Shown here: positions 1-11,704 of the stretch, piece after piece | Layout: each line of letters starts with the position of its first letter | How positions within the stretch are numbered: the first letter of the stretch is position 1 | Assembly (NCBI RefSeq): GCF_000315625.1 | Contig: NW_005434608.1 | Span: forward strand, 381,747-445,746 | Direction: 5' to 3' | Length of the DNA: 64,000 bases | From: Guillardia theta CCMP2712 | Lineage: Eukaryota > Protista > Cryptophyta | Notes under the pieces: model-generated | What the model was told of the DNA's origin: nothing | Databases searched by the model: none | Seen by the model: only the letters and a program-made list of their open reading frames with translations | Position numbers and translations under genes: made by a program

Positions 1-231
1 GGAACTGTCAGATGTCTAAACCAACTAATACTCTTCATACTCTTCAATAAATTAAACAGTTACTGAACTAGCGGCGCCGGGCAAGTCCTGTAATAATGAC
101 TCAGATCCTGACTCAGATCAGATCTGTAGCTTGGAATGACTCAGATCTGTAACGTGATCTGGGGAGGAAGGCTTGTACATGGCGAAAATGTGTTGTGCTT
201 CTCCTGCTCTTTCATCTTCCTTCCTCCCACT

Positions 232-1405
232 CCTTCTACTTCATCTCCTTCTACTTCAGCTCCTTCTACTTCAGCTCCTTCTACTTCATCTCCTTCTACT
301 TCAGCTCCTTCTACTTCAGCTCCTTCTACTTCAGCTCCTTCTACTTCAGCTCCTTCTACTTCATTTCCTCTACTTCAGCTCCTTCTACTTCAGCTCCTTC
401 TACTTCATCTTCTTCTACTTCATTTCCTTCTACTTCAGCTCCTTCTACTTTATCTCCTTCTACTTCATTTCCTTCTACTTCATCTTCTTCTACTTCAGCT
501 CCTTCTACTTCAGCTCCTTCTACTTCATCTCCTTCTACTTCAGCTCCTTCTACTTCATCTTCTTCTACTTCAGCTCCTTCTACTTCAGCTCCTTCTACTT
601 CATCTTCTTCTACTTCATCTTCTTCTACTTCATTTCCTTCTACTTCATCTCCTTCTACTTCATCTTCTTCTACTTCATCTTCTTCTACTTCAGCTCCTTC
701 TACTTCATCTTCTTCTACTTCATCTCCTTCTACTTCATCTTCTTCTACTTCATCTCCTTCTACTTCAGCTCCTCTACTTCATCTCCTTCTACTTCATCTT
801 CCTTCTACTTCTCTCCTTCTACTTCTCTCCTTCTACTTCAGCTCCTTCTACTTCATCTCCTTCTACTTCATCTTCTTCTACTTCATCTCCTTCTACTTCA
901 TCTTCTTCTACTTCATCTTCTTCTACTTCATCTCCTTCTACTTCATCTCCTTCTACTTCATCTCCTTCTACTTCATCTCCTTCTACTTCATCTTCTTCTA
1001 CTTCATCTCCTTCTACTTCAGCTCCTTCTACTTCATCTCCTTCTACTTCATCTTCTTCTACTTCATTTCCTGCTACTTCATCTTCTTCTACTTCAGCTCC
1101 TTCTACTTCATCTCCTTCTACTTCATCTCCTTCTACTTCATCTTCTTCTACTTCATCTCCTTCTACTTCATCTCCTTCTACTTCATCTCCTTCTACTTCA
1201 GCTCCTTCTACTTCATCTTCTTCTACTTCATCTCCTTCTACTTCATCTTCTTCTACTTCATCTCCTTCTACTTCATCTCCTTCTACTTCAGCTCCTTCTA
1301 CTTCATCTCCTTCTACTTCAGCTCCTTCTACTTCATCTTCTTCTACTTCATCTTCTTCTACTTCAGCTCCTTCTACTTCATCTCCTTCTACTTCAGCTCC
1401 TCCTT
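232..1405. repeat. 15-bp minisatellite (consensus CCTTCTACTTCA[G/T]CT, roughly 75 or more copies)
   Basis: Directly visible tandem array with variant units (cagct/catct/cattt; cct/tct). All three + frames stay open (PSTSA, LLLLQ, FYFSS repeats) and the - strand reads EVEG(A/D)/EVEED. Phase slips occur near 370 and 770-830. Confidence 0.97.
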
Positions 1406-1561
1406 CAACCGATCCTGCGCCTTTTGCTCCCGTCCTCCCATCACTCAACCGAAGATGATCTGTGAGGCTTGTGTGTATGCCTCAAAGACCAGAAACAAAC
1501 TTTCTTGAGACCATGATGCCTCTTCATGACCTGACGCTTTCCTTATGCAGCCTTCACGCAT
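819..1561 (-). CDS. possible acidic (EVEGD/EVEED)n repeat protein, divergent from the F-box gene
   Basis: ORF 819..1448 reads the array as an E/D-rich pentapeptide. A GT..AG intron of about 40 nt near 1461-1500 would join an ATG at about 1561 in frame. Frameshifts inside the array weaken the call. Confidence 0.3.
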
Positions 1562-1608
1562 CGTTTGTGCTTGAGGTGCTGTAACAAGTTCAGCAAGTGG
1601 GACTCGAC

Positions 1609-4408
1609 ATGGTCGATTCCACCGGCAGATTGTTTCCGATCGACATCTTCCTGCATGTCTGCGAGGCGATTTCCTTTGATGTCATCCTGCAGCTCAGATG
1701 TGGTGAGGGCATGGCCGTTAGCTCTGACTTCTCTCTGCTGCTCTTGTGTGCTCATGCTTCCCCTTCCTTCGACCTCTTCATCTAGAAGCTGCAATGTTTG
1801 GGTTTGTGGTGAGGGTTGGAGGGTTCAATGCATGCCAGTTCTGTGTTTACAGTTCTCATCCTGTTCTCCTCTCTTTCAGCCTGCTCTCCTCTCCTCTCAC
1901 CTCCCCCATCATCCATGCGAACCAGGAGTGTTCATCCTGACTTCTTATGAAAGTCTGCAAGCATTGGAACAAGGAATGCGATGCTGTGCTATCTCAATTC
2001 AAGGTGGAAAAACCTAGCGCTGCATGCAAACATCAAATGATGATCTGTGAACAATCAGAACGTTGAGCTCTCTTATGTCTATGACATTGAGATGGCGAAG
2101 AGGCTGCTTGCAAAGGTGAGGGAGTGAGGAATGGAGGGAGGGAGGGAGGGAGGGGAGGGAGGGAGGGAGGGAGGGAGTGGTGAGAATCTTTCAAGCTATC
2201 GGCTCACTTGCTCTTCAGTGCTGCAACTTAGAAAGTCTGAAGCTCTCCAAGTGCGATGAGGCTTGCACTCTCATCCTAAAGGTATCAGCTGAGCGAGTGC
2301 TGAAGGAGGTAATGACTGTGAGAGCTCGTAGGACATAAACAAGTTCGCCTTCCGCACATGCCTCAAGGCTCTCAGCTGCGACTGTGAGCTCGTGGCAGCC
2401 TCTTGCCGGGCCTGATTGTCTGTGTGGAGCAGCAGCGGAGCAGAAGAGTTTGAAGAAGGTCGTGAAGTCTTGCTCGGGTCTCCAGTCTCTCGGGTGAGTG
2501 GGGGGAAAGAGAGGGCTGGCAATGACACTTCCTCGAGGTTGCGATGTAAGGAAACAGACCCTCATGTTCTGTGCCAGCGAAAAGCTCAAAGAAAGTTGAC
2601 GGTAAGGAGAGCGATGCGATAAGATAACAACAACGACTACACGATGATGACGATGACGATGACGATGATGACGATGACGACGATGACGATGACGATGATA
2701 ATGATGATTTGATTGTGTTAGAGGACGGATCACAAGGAGAGAAGGCAAGAGAATATGACAAAGTAGCAGAGCATAGACCTGAGAGGGACAACAGTCTGCG
2801 GTATCGGCGGCATGGTGGAGAAAATATCGAACAATCTTCTGCAGGTGAGAGCCTGCCAACAGAGAGAGGAGGGAGCTCAGTTGTTCTCCTTCAGCTGGGC
2901 CTGCGCGGTTGTAACGTCCACGATGTACACTTGACTGAGCACCTCTGTCGCTTCACCTCCCTGCAAGTACGCTCCATCACCATCCCCTTTCTCCTCTCCG
3001 CTAATCGCTCACGTTCCTCCCATTTTCTCCCGTGCTGACCTGCTCATCATCTCCATCATTCCTTCCTGCTCCCTCCCCTTCCGTGTTCTTTTCGCCTTAC
3101 ACGTGCTTGCTCCTTGTTCTCCTACAGGTCCTTGATGTGGGTAAGAGCTGTCGCCGTCTGTCTGACGAGTCCATCGGCATTGTGCTGAGCTCTAAGCAGC
3201 CAAAGACAAGCTGACGTTCGGTCAGGTCACAAGGAATTGCTCTCGCTTGCAGTCCCTTACCATCAGTCACAACCTCTGGCTGACGCAGAGATCCATCGAG
3301 CATGGTCTCACCGCAGTAGCAAGCTCAGGGCCGGAGGAAGTGACGTGCTTGCTGCAGCCTTAGGACTTCCCTTCCTCTCTCGTCTCGGAGCAGCTGGTTT
3401 GAATTTTCATGATCCTTGCACGCTCGAGGCAAGTCTTGAACGCTTGCTCCCCTCCCTCGCATTCCCTCCTCCTCTTCCTCCCTCCTCCCTTCGCTATCTC
3501 TCCCCCTTGTTCTCACTCTCTCTTGGGGTCCGTCAGGGAATTTTATCTCTCTTCGAGAACTCGCAGCTCAAGTCCATTGACGGCAAGTGCTTCTCAACAG
3601 TCTTCCGTTTCTCTTCCCTTCTTCTGCGCTTTGTTTCCTATCATGATGCTGCAACTGACAGTCTCAATCCCCCGGACTCGCTTCGCACATGGCGGGCCTC
3701 TCACAAACGAGACGAGGAACGGCAAGCTGCAGATGGAGGAAATCCGAGCGGTTGAAGGCCAAGGAGTGACGGGCAGAACTGACGAACAAGCAGGTGGGAT
3801 GGTACACTACGGCATCGACTGCCATGGCGCTAGCTGAAGCGACGACGAACTTGACGTCCTTGGACCTGGCTGGTATGCTGTCTCGTCGCTTGCTCCGCCT
3901 TCTTCTTCTCCTGTGCTGCCCCTCTTGCAATATCCTGCTATGTGGTAGTTTGTCACCCTTTTATCCCCTCCTCCCTCTCCTCCCACTACTCTCTGGACCC
4001 CCTCGCAAGGAGAACCTCACGAGCTCACCCTTATCTCAGCGACGAACTTCGACGACCCTGCTGTCCGCATGCTCAGCCAAGGTCTGCATGAGCGAGGAGG
4101 GGAGGCTTGGGAAGAGGAGGAGGGGAGGGGGCGAGCGGGAGGGGTGGAAGGAACTTTGATCACGTGCCACCTGGTGACTGCGAACAGGATGTTCGCGTTT
4201 GAGAGTTTTGAGGCTCAACGGCTGTAAGAAAGTCACCGATAAATCGTGCGAGACTTTCGCACAGATGGAATTTCTCACTGAGTTGGTGAAGTGTTGTGAA
4301 ACACGTGAAAGTAATGTCCATGCACGGTGATGGGGAGATGGTTGCACTCACGATGAAGATGAATATTCGGCTGCAGCAGCTCTTGTTGCTGCTGGTGATG
4401 ATGGTGAC

Positions 4409-4446
<38 letters not shown>

Positions 4447-5005
4447 TGATGATGAGTTGAATGGAGAGGTAATTGCAGTGATGGCAATGTGAAGGATGTC
4501 AAGTTGTCACAAGTGAGCGACACTGGACTGAAGACGCTCATCGAAAACAAGATGGTCTTTCATCCCATAGCATCTTCTACTCTACGTGAAACTTGTCAGG
4601 GTGAAAGACTTTCTGTCCTCTCCTTGGCCTTCTGCAGCAATATCTCCGTCCCTGGTGACGTCATGGTGGCAGGAGGCAGATCAGAGGCTGAGCTTTGCGA
4701 GCAGGGCTGCAGGCTGAGGTAGGAGCAGGATCGACGAGCTTCGAGTCCCTTCGGGTCCTCAACTTAGCAGGCCTGACTCTCAACGTCGACATCTTGCGAC
4801 TTATCTCCATGTCAGTCTTCACTGCAACCTTTCTCATCTCACATCTTGCCAACCAGTCTCTCTGCTCATCTCCTCTGCTCGCATCCTCTCACCTCTCCTT
4901 TGCAGGTTTCCCCTCCTCACCTGGCTCAACGTCACCGACTCACACATCGTGAGTGTGCGCCTTCTACAGTGATCGTGCTGTAATCCTGCGCAGCGCTCCA
5001 ACTCC

Positions 5006-5039
<34 letters not shown>

Positions 5040-5780
5040 GCTTTGCCAGCCTTAAGACGAAGGGGGAATTGATCGAGTATGCTGCTCGCATCGACGACCT
5101 GCCGGCGCTCGCGATCAGGCAGGGACGGCAGACCTGCGCGGTGTCACAAGGGATCCCCTCCTGGTATGCTGGCGGGGAGGCGAAGAAAGAGCTGAAGATC
5201 CATGCAAGGGGCTGGCAAGGGCAAGTCAACAACCCAGGAGCAACGGGGAGCAAGCGGAGAACGCCGTCGTTTAGCATGTTGCGCACGTTACACGCCGACA
5301 GGTGCAGCGGCGTTGAGACCCTCTTCAGGTGATAGTGGATGACAGGGGTCGTCGAGCACTGACAGTTTTGTTCTTTCATAGGCTCCTCATCAAGGCGATG
5401 CCGCAGCATCTTCGGGTCCTCACTCTCTCCGGCAACGTACGCGACCCCCCCTCCCCCCATCTCTTCCAGAGCTTCTGTTTCCCACCTGCCCCGCAGATGA
5501 GCGGGACGGACGTGCTGGTCCTCGCGCAGGCTTGCAGATCTCTGAAGGAGGTGCTTGTGACTTGCATTCCTCCTCTGCTCACATACACCCGCAGCTATCC
5601 CTACGGTACTGCTCCAACGTGCTGCCAGGGGACGTCGAGATGCTGGGTCAGCAACGAGCGCTAGCTCCGCTTGCCTGCATGTAACTCATGGCGTGCAGAG
5701 CGTCGAGGAATCAAAGTCACCATCACCGACTACTCGAGGAGATAAAAAGCAAGCGCGTCATCGTGTGTACATTAATAAGA
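1609..5780 (+). CDS. F-box/leucine-rich repeat protein (FBXL-like), multi-exon
   Basis: Exon 1609-1701 spliced to about 1954 gives MVDSTGRLFPIDIFLHVCEAISFDVILQLRCV-CKHWNKEC, an F-box. Later exons carry cysteine-containing LRRs (LGLRGCNVHD, LRLNGCKKVTD, LSLAFCSNIS, LRVLNLAG, LRVLTLSG, LAQACRSLKE). The 3' end is approximate. Confidence 0.8.
2134..2176. repeat. (GGGA)n intronic microsatellite
   Basis: Visible run inside an F-box gene intron. Confidence 0.9.
2638..2708. repeat. (GATGAC)n/(GAT)n microsatellite; a similar one lies at 4400-4455
   Basis: Visible trinucleotide/hexanucleotide runs in introns. Confidence 0.9.
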
Positions 5781-5803
5781 ACCCTGCTATTCTACATCCT
5801 CCA

Positions 5804-6664
5804 CTACGTGTCCATCCTCCTCCTCGCATTCCGGATCTTCACCAGCTCTTCACCGCTCGGAGCGGTCTTGAGAAGACTGTCGATGTACAACCCGGAGAAC
5901 GCAAACCAGCTGTCCTCGTCGACGAAGTGATGTTTCATGTGGTGGAGCTTGATTGCGCGGAGAAGGCGGTTCTTGGGCATGACCTTGGTGTGCGCAAGGT
6001 AGTGGCAGAACTCATACAGGAGTCCCATGGCGGAGTAGGCGAAGGTGGCAGAGAGGCAGAGATCCGTAGGCAGGAGGAGGTAGAACAAGCCAAAGGCAGC
6101 TAGGAACCAGGACACAACCAGCCACACTGGGTCGATGGAGACGTAATAGTAGTCGAGGAGGTGATGCTGATGGTGGTACTCCTGCCCCCACCACTTGAAC
6201 GAGTGCAGCAGGTACTTGTGCAGCCACCACTCCTGGAACATCCAGAACTGACAAACTAGCGCCAACACGAGGAGATCGAGATGGTCAAACGTCTCCCCGC
6301 CCGGCACGAGTGCCATGGCCGCCCTGGACACCGCCATGGCCATAACTGCCCCTACCAGAATCCTTGGAGAATGGTCTTTGCCAAGGAAGAACCGCTGAAT
6401 GGCTCTCTCCATGGTCGCTGGAACCTCTTCCTCCGCACTGCTCAACGGTGCTTCACCGGTGGATGGGGCAGTTTGTCGCCTCCTTGTGCGAGGCGCGGTA
6501 TTCCTGAAGCCAGTGACTTCGGGTCTTCTGGAGTTGCCATGTAAAGGGGACAGACAAGGTAGTCGTCCCAATGCTGGATGGAAGCCCTCGGAATTCTCTA
6601 GGGTACAGATGAGGAGAGTTACGATCACGAGCCCGCGGCTGCACTTCTCGATTCTACTGGCCAT
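5804..6664 (-). CDS. fatty acid hydroxylase/sterol desaturase superfamily di-iron enzyme with a probable bipartite plastid presequence, intronless
   Basis: Four His boxes: EWWLHKYLLH, HHQHH, YEFCHYLAH, HHMKHH, with transmembrane segments between them. N-terminus MASR...LVIVTLLICTLENSEG-F is followed by an Arg/Ser/Pro-rich transit-like region. The ATG at 6664 is preferred over the ORF-track start at 6721. Confidence 0.85.
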   Translation of the reverse strand: MASRIEKCSRGLVIVTLLICTLENSEGFHPALGRLPCLSPLHGNSRRPEVTGFRNTAPRTRRRQTAPSTGEAPLSSAEEEVPATMERAIQRFFLGKDHSPRILVGAVMAMAVSRAAMALVPGGETFDHLDLLVLALVCQFWMFQEWWLHKYLLHSFKWWGQEYHHQHHLLDYYYVSIDPVWLVVSWFLAAFGLFYLLLPTDLCLSATFAYSAMGLLYEFCHYLAHTKVMPKNRLLRAIKLHHMKHHFVDEDSWFAFSGLYIDSLLKTAPSGEELVKIRNARRRMDT

Positions 6665-7867
6665 AACTTGTGTCCCAGCTTTTTGGGAGGGTTGGCGTGA
6701 GAGCAACTTCTTGGTACCCAACGCAAGATCGAGAGAGTTTTTCGTCTCCTTCGTGTTCGTCTTTCTCTACTCTCTCTCTCTCTCCCTCTCTCTCTCCCTT
6801 CCTCCCCCTCTCTCTCTCCGACCCTGTTACGTTCTTCACGCTCCCCCGGCTTCTGCCCTCTTGTATGTCATTACAATAACCGTTATGTAACGGTGTAAAC
6901 TTTCAGTGCTGCGGCACATTTCCGCCGGAAATGCCCCGGGGCCGAAAATCATCCCCCTCATTCTCGCAGGTTTTCTGTTGGGGTGCTGGGTTGGGGTGGT
7001 CAATAGGGCGTAGCGGCTCGAAGGAGGGGTGGTAAAGGTACCGGTAGGGGACGTCTGACTGGCAAGGCATCTTGGAGATAGCGGGGGTATGACTCATAGG
7101 AATTTAGGTAGGGGGGTGGGTGGTTTACCTCTGTCGGGGTGGGTAGAGATATGATAGGGGTGGGGTGGAATGACCCAGGGGCGGGGTGTAGCTTTGCAAC
7201 CTCTTTCGGAAAACAGCTGCAAACTTGCACCGCTTGCAATTTCACACAGTTTCAGATTGGGTTAAAGAAGTTGAATGATGTCTCTAATATTTTGAAATAT
7301 AGAAACTTTGTGACAAAACACTTTAAAATTTATACAGGGAGTACCCCCTGATGAGAAACGGAGGCCAGGGTCTTTAGCAGCACAAAGAGCCCAAAGCATG
7401 TACCAAACACCCGGTACCTTTCCATAGTTTTGTCGCGTAGTAGACCCGTACTGGATTACCCCTACCCCCCCTTTCGCTCCCCGACTGAGAGAATGGGCGG
7501 ATGGGGAAAGACGCAACTCCCGGGTGGAGGAGCAGCGGGAGGGACAGCAGGAGCAGGAGCAGCCAGTATGAAAGAAGAGGGATCAACGTCTGCAGGATGA
7601 AGTGCACTGGAATCAGGAGTTGCGGAGCACAGGGTGAGGAGCAGGTGTTGGAAGATGGGATAGTTTGTTGAAAGCATAATCTCTCATGATTGGTGAAGGG
7701 ATAGCTCAACTGCTCAGCTAAGAGTTCAGACTAAGCATGCATTCGATGCAGCATCCCAAATAGCTTACGAGTAGTGCCTCATGAACCATGCTAATCTCCC
7801 CTCTTTCTCCCGGAAACCTTCACTGATCCAACCCACGCATCTGATGTGGTCTGCAGAACGTCAAAAA

Positions 7868-10436
7868 TGTCGATCGACTCAAACGATGGAAAGGATCTTT
7901 TCGGTGACCTGCAGAATTTCTAAAACTCTGAATGCTGCTTGGTCATGCTGACATGTGTTTGCAGGGCTGCAATTCTTCAACCCGGATGACGTGATCTCGC
8001 TGACATACACCACAAGGTACTTGCTTTTTCTCGTCGCTTTTTCTCGTCGGGATTACTACCTTATGTTGTCTCGAAGGATGAGATTTTTTGTGCGAAAGAC
8101 TGATATGACTCTATGAATTGCCACAAATGCATGTGATACCGCTGTCCTCTCATTCTTTCCCGATAGATCGGGAGACGTTCTGACAACATTGAAACCTCTT
8201 CGGCCTGAACCCAGCATCATTCTGTCGGAGGTCGCGCTCTGTGATTGTGATAACAACATCCTCTCTCATAAACTTCACTCAGACGCCCGATCATCCCGTC
8301 CATGGGGTGGCTGTTGTGGGATTCAGGTGGAATTCTTCGCGTTTCCTCAAGATCTTGGAGCTAACAAGGCCACGAACAGTTTTACGGGCAAGCGAGCAGT
8401 TCTGGATATTGTGAGAAATGAGGTGAAGCTATCTCACTGATCACGATGTCATGGCAAAGAAGATATTGAAGCAAACATCAGGGATGCTCCATGAAATGGA
8501 TAGTTGAAGACGATGAGAACTTGTGAGATTTCTTGCTGGATTGTGAAGACATCGACAGTAGGACTGAATCCAGAATGCACAGAATTAAGGAAGCAAAAGC
8601 AACATTAGAATCGATGAAGATCAAAGAGGCAAAGGTGGAGTGAGAGAGAGTGCTCTTTACTTGCGAATGACAACATGTTAGGTTGTTCCGTCGTCTCAAT
8701 ATACGGACGTCTTAAATGACAAGAGTGTTCGAATCGGTGAATACTGGTGTAATCATGCCTCCAGAGATCTTCTGAATGTTATTCTTGCAGTGATTATCAG
8801 CGGTCCTGTCGTTGATCGTCCAAGACGTGCAAGGTGAATCAGATAAAAATTAAGGCAAGATTCGAAGTGTGATTGAAGCGCTCACAGCGAAGCTTTGAAA
8901 GCGCACAAGGATGTCCTCTGCGACAGACCGATTGCCATGACGATTGATTCTGCAAGAGAGCTGTGAGTCTGTGGCAGCAACGCTGATTACTCTTGTTGAC
9001 ACCGAACTGCAAGATTTGCACTTGGACGGCGACAGAAGCAAGTGCTGATGACACTACTTCCTGGAAGGTGACGGTCACCGTATGGATGATTGGATTCTCA
9101 ACCCGAAAGTGAACAGACCTGGCAAATCTTTCTCTGCTGTCGTGATGTCTTTGTTCTCCTCTGCTTCCAAGATTGTCTGCGAACGCGTCATTCCTGGTAT
9201 GGCTAACTCCCTCCTTGATTTCTCCTTCTCCCGGTTTATTCCCGTCCTTCCCGCCTTTTCCCTCCTTCCCAGCCTGTCATCCTTTCACCTTCTTAAACTT
9301 CGTTGCAGACGGATATAAGCATCCTCTGCTTGATAAGAAGATCAATCCATCGGATCCTTCGGTAATGATTCCGCCTTGAAATCCCTTGAGTGATCGTTTT
9401 GATTGTTGCAGGTCGAGGCCATGTTTATCGATACCATCTTGCATGATTGTTTTGCCGTTAATTTCTGCATGTACATCTGTTAATTGTTGTCTCTTGTTTC
9501 TCTGACTTGACGCTCACCAGGTGTATGAGGCCCACGGAGGTTTCATCGTGCCTCGTCTCTGGGAAGGTGAGAGAAACTGCTTGCCGGATTTTTTCGTGTG
9601 TCAAAAGAATCGTTCGAATGTCTTTGTCTATAAAAATTAGGGCGAGATTATTTGACTCGATGCTGATGGTAATTGCTTAGGAGCACAAAGCTGAAATCAC
9701 CGTGTTGTATCCCAACGGATGTGTTTACACAATTTTCACGGCACTTGGATTGGAATCCGTTGATACTCAGAGCTTTTCACTGTCAGGAGAAAGGTTTTTA
9801 TCCAATTATGTTGTTTGACGTCTGATCAGTTGCCAACTAGATTGGTCGAGATGAGGAGAGTCGATCACATGCATGTCTTTCAGCACGAGATAACGCAGGG
9901 TGAGACCTCCAACCCGCTTCTCGTCTTCCTGACACTCTCGTGACCGCAGATAAACATCAAGAGTCTAAAGTTCTTCGCTTCACTCAGGCATGGATTCAGT
10001 CTCCTCTAACTTTCCACGCATGGCTCATCTCATCCACAGGAATACGAAGCTGCGAGAGCAGACGCGCTGGAGCAAATGTACGCTGCGTCCTCTGGAGCCA
10101 AGGTGAACAGGCGCTTTTCTTCCCCCCTCGTTTGTATCTGTTGACCTCACCTTTCACATGCTCCCCGTCCTAGTCTCGCGTACGCCTCTAGTTTTTTCAC
10201 GCAGATTTCAGGCGATCGCATCGAGAGTTCGCCCGCAACTGATCGAGCAGAATGTGGTACGACACGATGTTGTGCAGACTCGGAATTTTTGACACTTGAG
10301 ATGATTCAGGTTGACTGTCTCCGTATTGCCCAGGCATGCACTAAGGTGAAGCTTCCTTAGTCTGATCCCCTTCACCAATCCTGTCCTCCTCCTCCTTCAA
10401 GGCTCCGCGGCGATCAAAGTGCACTGACGCCGAGTG
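7868..10436 (+). CDS. hypothetical protein, about 20 or more very short exons
   Basis: Regular series of GT..CTGAC..AG introns. Exons read through as MSIDSNDGKDLFG/LQFFNPDDVISLTYTTR/SGDVLTTLKPLRPEPSIILSE ... VYEAHGGFIVPRLWE ... EYEAARADALEQMY ... APRRSKCTDAE*. No family recognised. Confidence 0.55.
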
Positions 10437-11704
10437 AACAGGCGCTAAGGACTGGTCAGACTGTTCCCATCGAATATTGGTAAAGCAACGAGTCGCTGTC
10501 ATGGTGCAGAGGAACCAGATGACGGGAGAGAATCTCCCCGGCCACTGAGCGGCTACTTCCATATGATTTTCCTAAGTTCCCCGTTCCTTCTCCCTCTCTA
10601 TCTCCCTCGCTCTTCTGAGTACCTAAACTCTCTATTCCTTCTCTTGCACGTCATTGCCAACAGCCCGACCGAAATCACAATTGAGCCTTAGTGAGTGGCA
10701 CTGGCCTTCAACTTGACGGGCCCGCGGCCGCCGCAGTCACTGGGCCCGGTGATGCTCAGATCATAGTCAGCCTGGTATCATGATGATCATGCTTGGCGGC
10801 GGCGGCATGACCCGCATTTCAACACTGGAATCAATCATGCCACACTGACAGTACCGCGATTCCGAAGCAGCAGTTTCAAGTTTGTAAAGCATCCCGGCCT
10901 CCTGGGAGGGCCGATCACTGTATACGGCCCGGACGGTTCCGCCGTTAGTACGGTCGCGGACTCGAACAAAATTTTAGTGACAGGTACGGCGGTCATAGCC
11001 AATCGGAGGCGGCGCGGCCCCGAGCCTGCCGGGTCCCGGCTGATGCGACCCGGCGGGTCCCCGGTCCGAGAGGGGATGTGGGTACTCTCATTCTTTGTGA
11101 CATCGACCCACCCACTCTGACCCCTACTACCCCCATTTTAATAATTCAAGTACCCCTCCACTGGCGGATCTAGTAATTAACTAATAAAAGTAATACTGCA
11201 ATCACCCCACCTCCTGTGCAGGCTCACAACCACCGGTGCCTCTCCTTCACTTCACCACCCTACCATTCGGGTTGACCTACCCACCCTCACTCCAATGAGG
11301 CCGTTACCCCTACCCTCATTCACACTCACCCTACCAGAGGATCAATCACGCAAAACCACCCTACCCCCCATTCGTCCATCCTTACAGCAACTACCCATCC
11401 ACTACCCACCCACAAAGTCTCACTTCGTTTGCATACCCCTCCATTGATCTTTACTTGAGAGATGTAGAGCCCCGTACTTTCAATGACCCCACCCCTCAAT
11501 TTCACTTTTGGAAATCACCTACCCAGCTCGGTTCTCCGTTTCGAGCAGCTAATGACCACCCATCGTGTACACCACCCCACTGTATCAAGTACCCCTACCT
11601 AGTCGAAAAGGACTAGACCCGTTCTTCACAACCCCAACCCAGTGGTCCTGACCCCACCCCAGTGTTCAAAAATAAGGCGTCACAGTCTGGAAAAAACAGC
11701 AGCC

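Noticed and set aside
95-150. TGACTCAGATC repeated three times (AP-1-like)
   Set aside because: At the window edge with no assignable gene; similar words recur in intergenic patches.
232-1405. CRISPR-like array
   Set aside because: Contiguous tandem units with no unique spacers; eukaryotic context and no cas genes.
136-1508. Three long + strand ORFs (poly-L/Q/H, FYFSS, PSTSA)
   Set aside because: All are by-products of a stop-free 15-bp repeat; none has independent support.
1543-1794. 83-aa minus-strand ORF
   Set aside because: Antisense to the F-box exon and intron; no motif.
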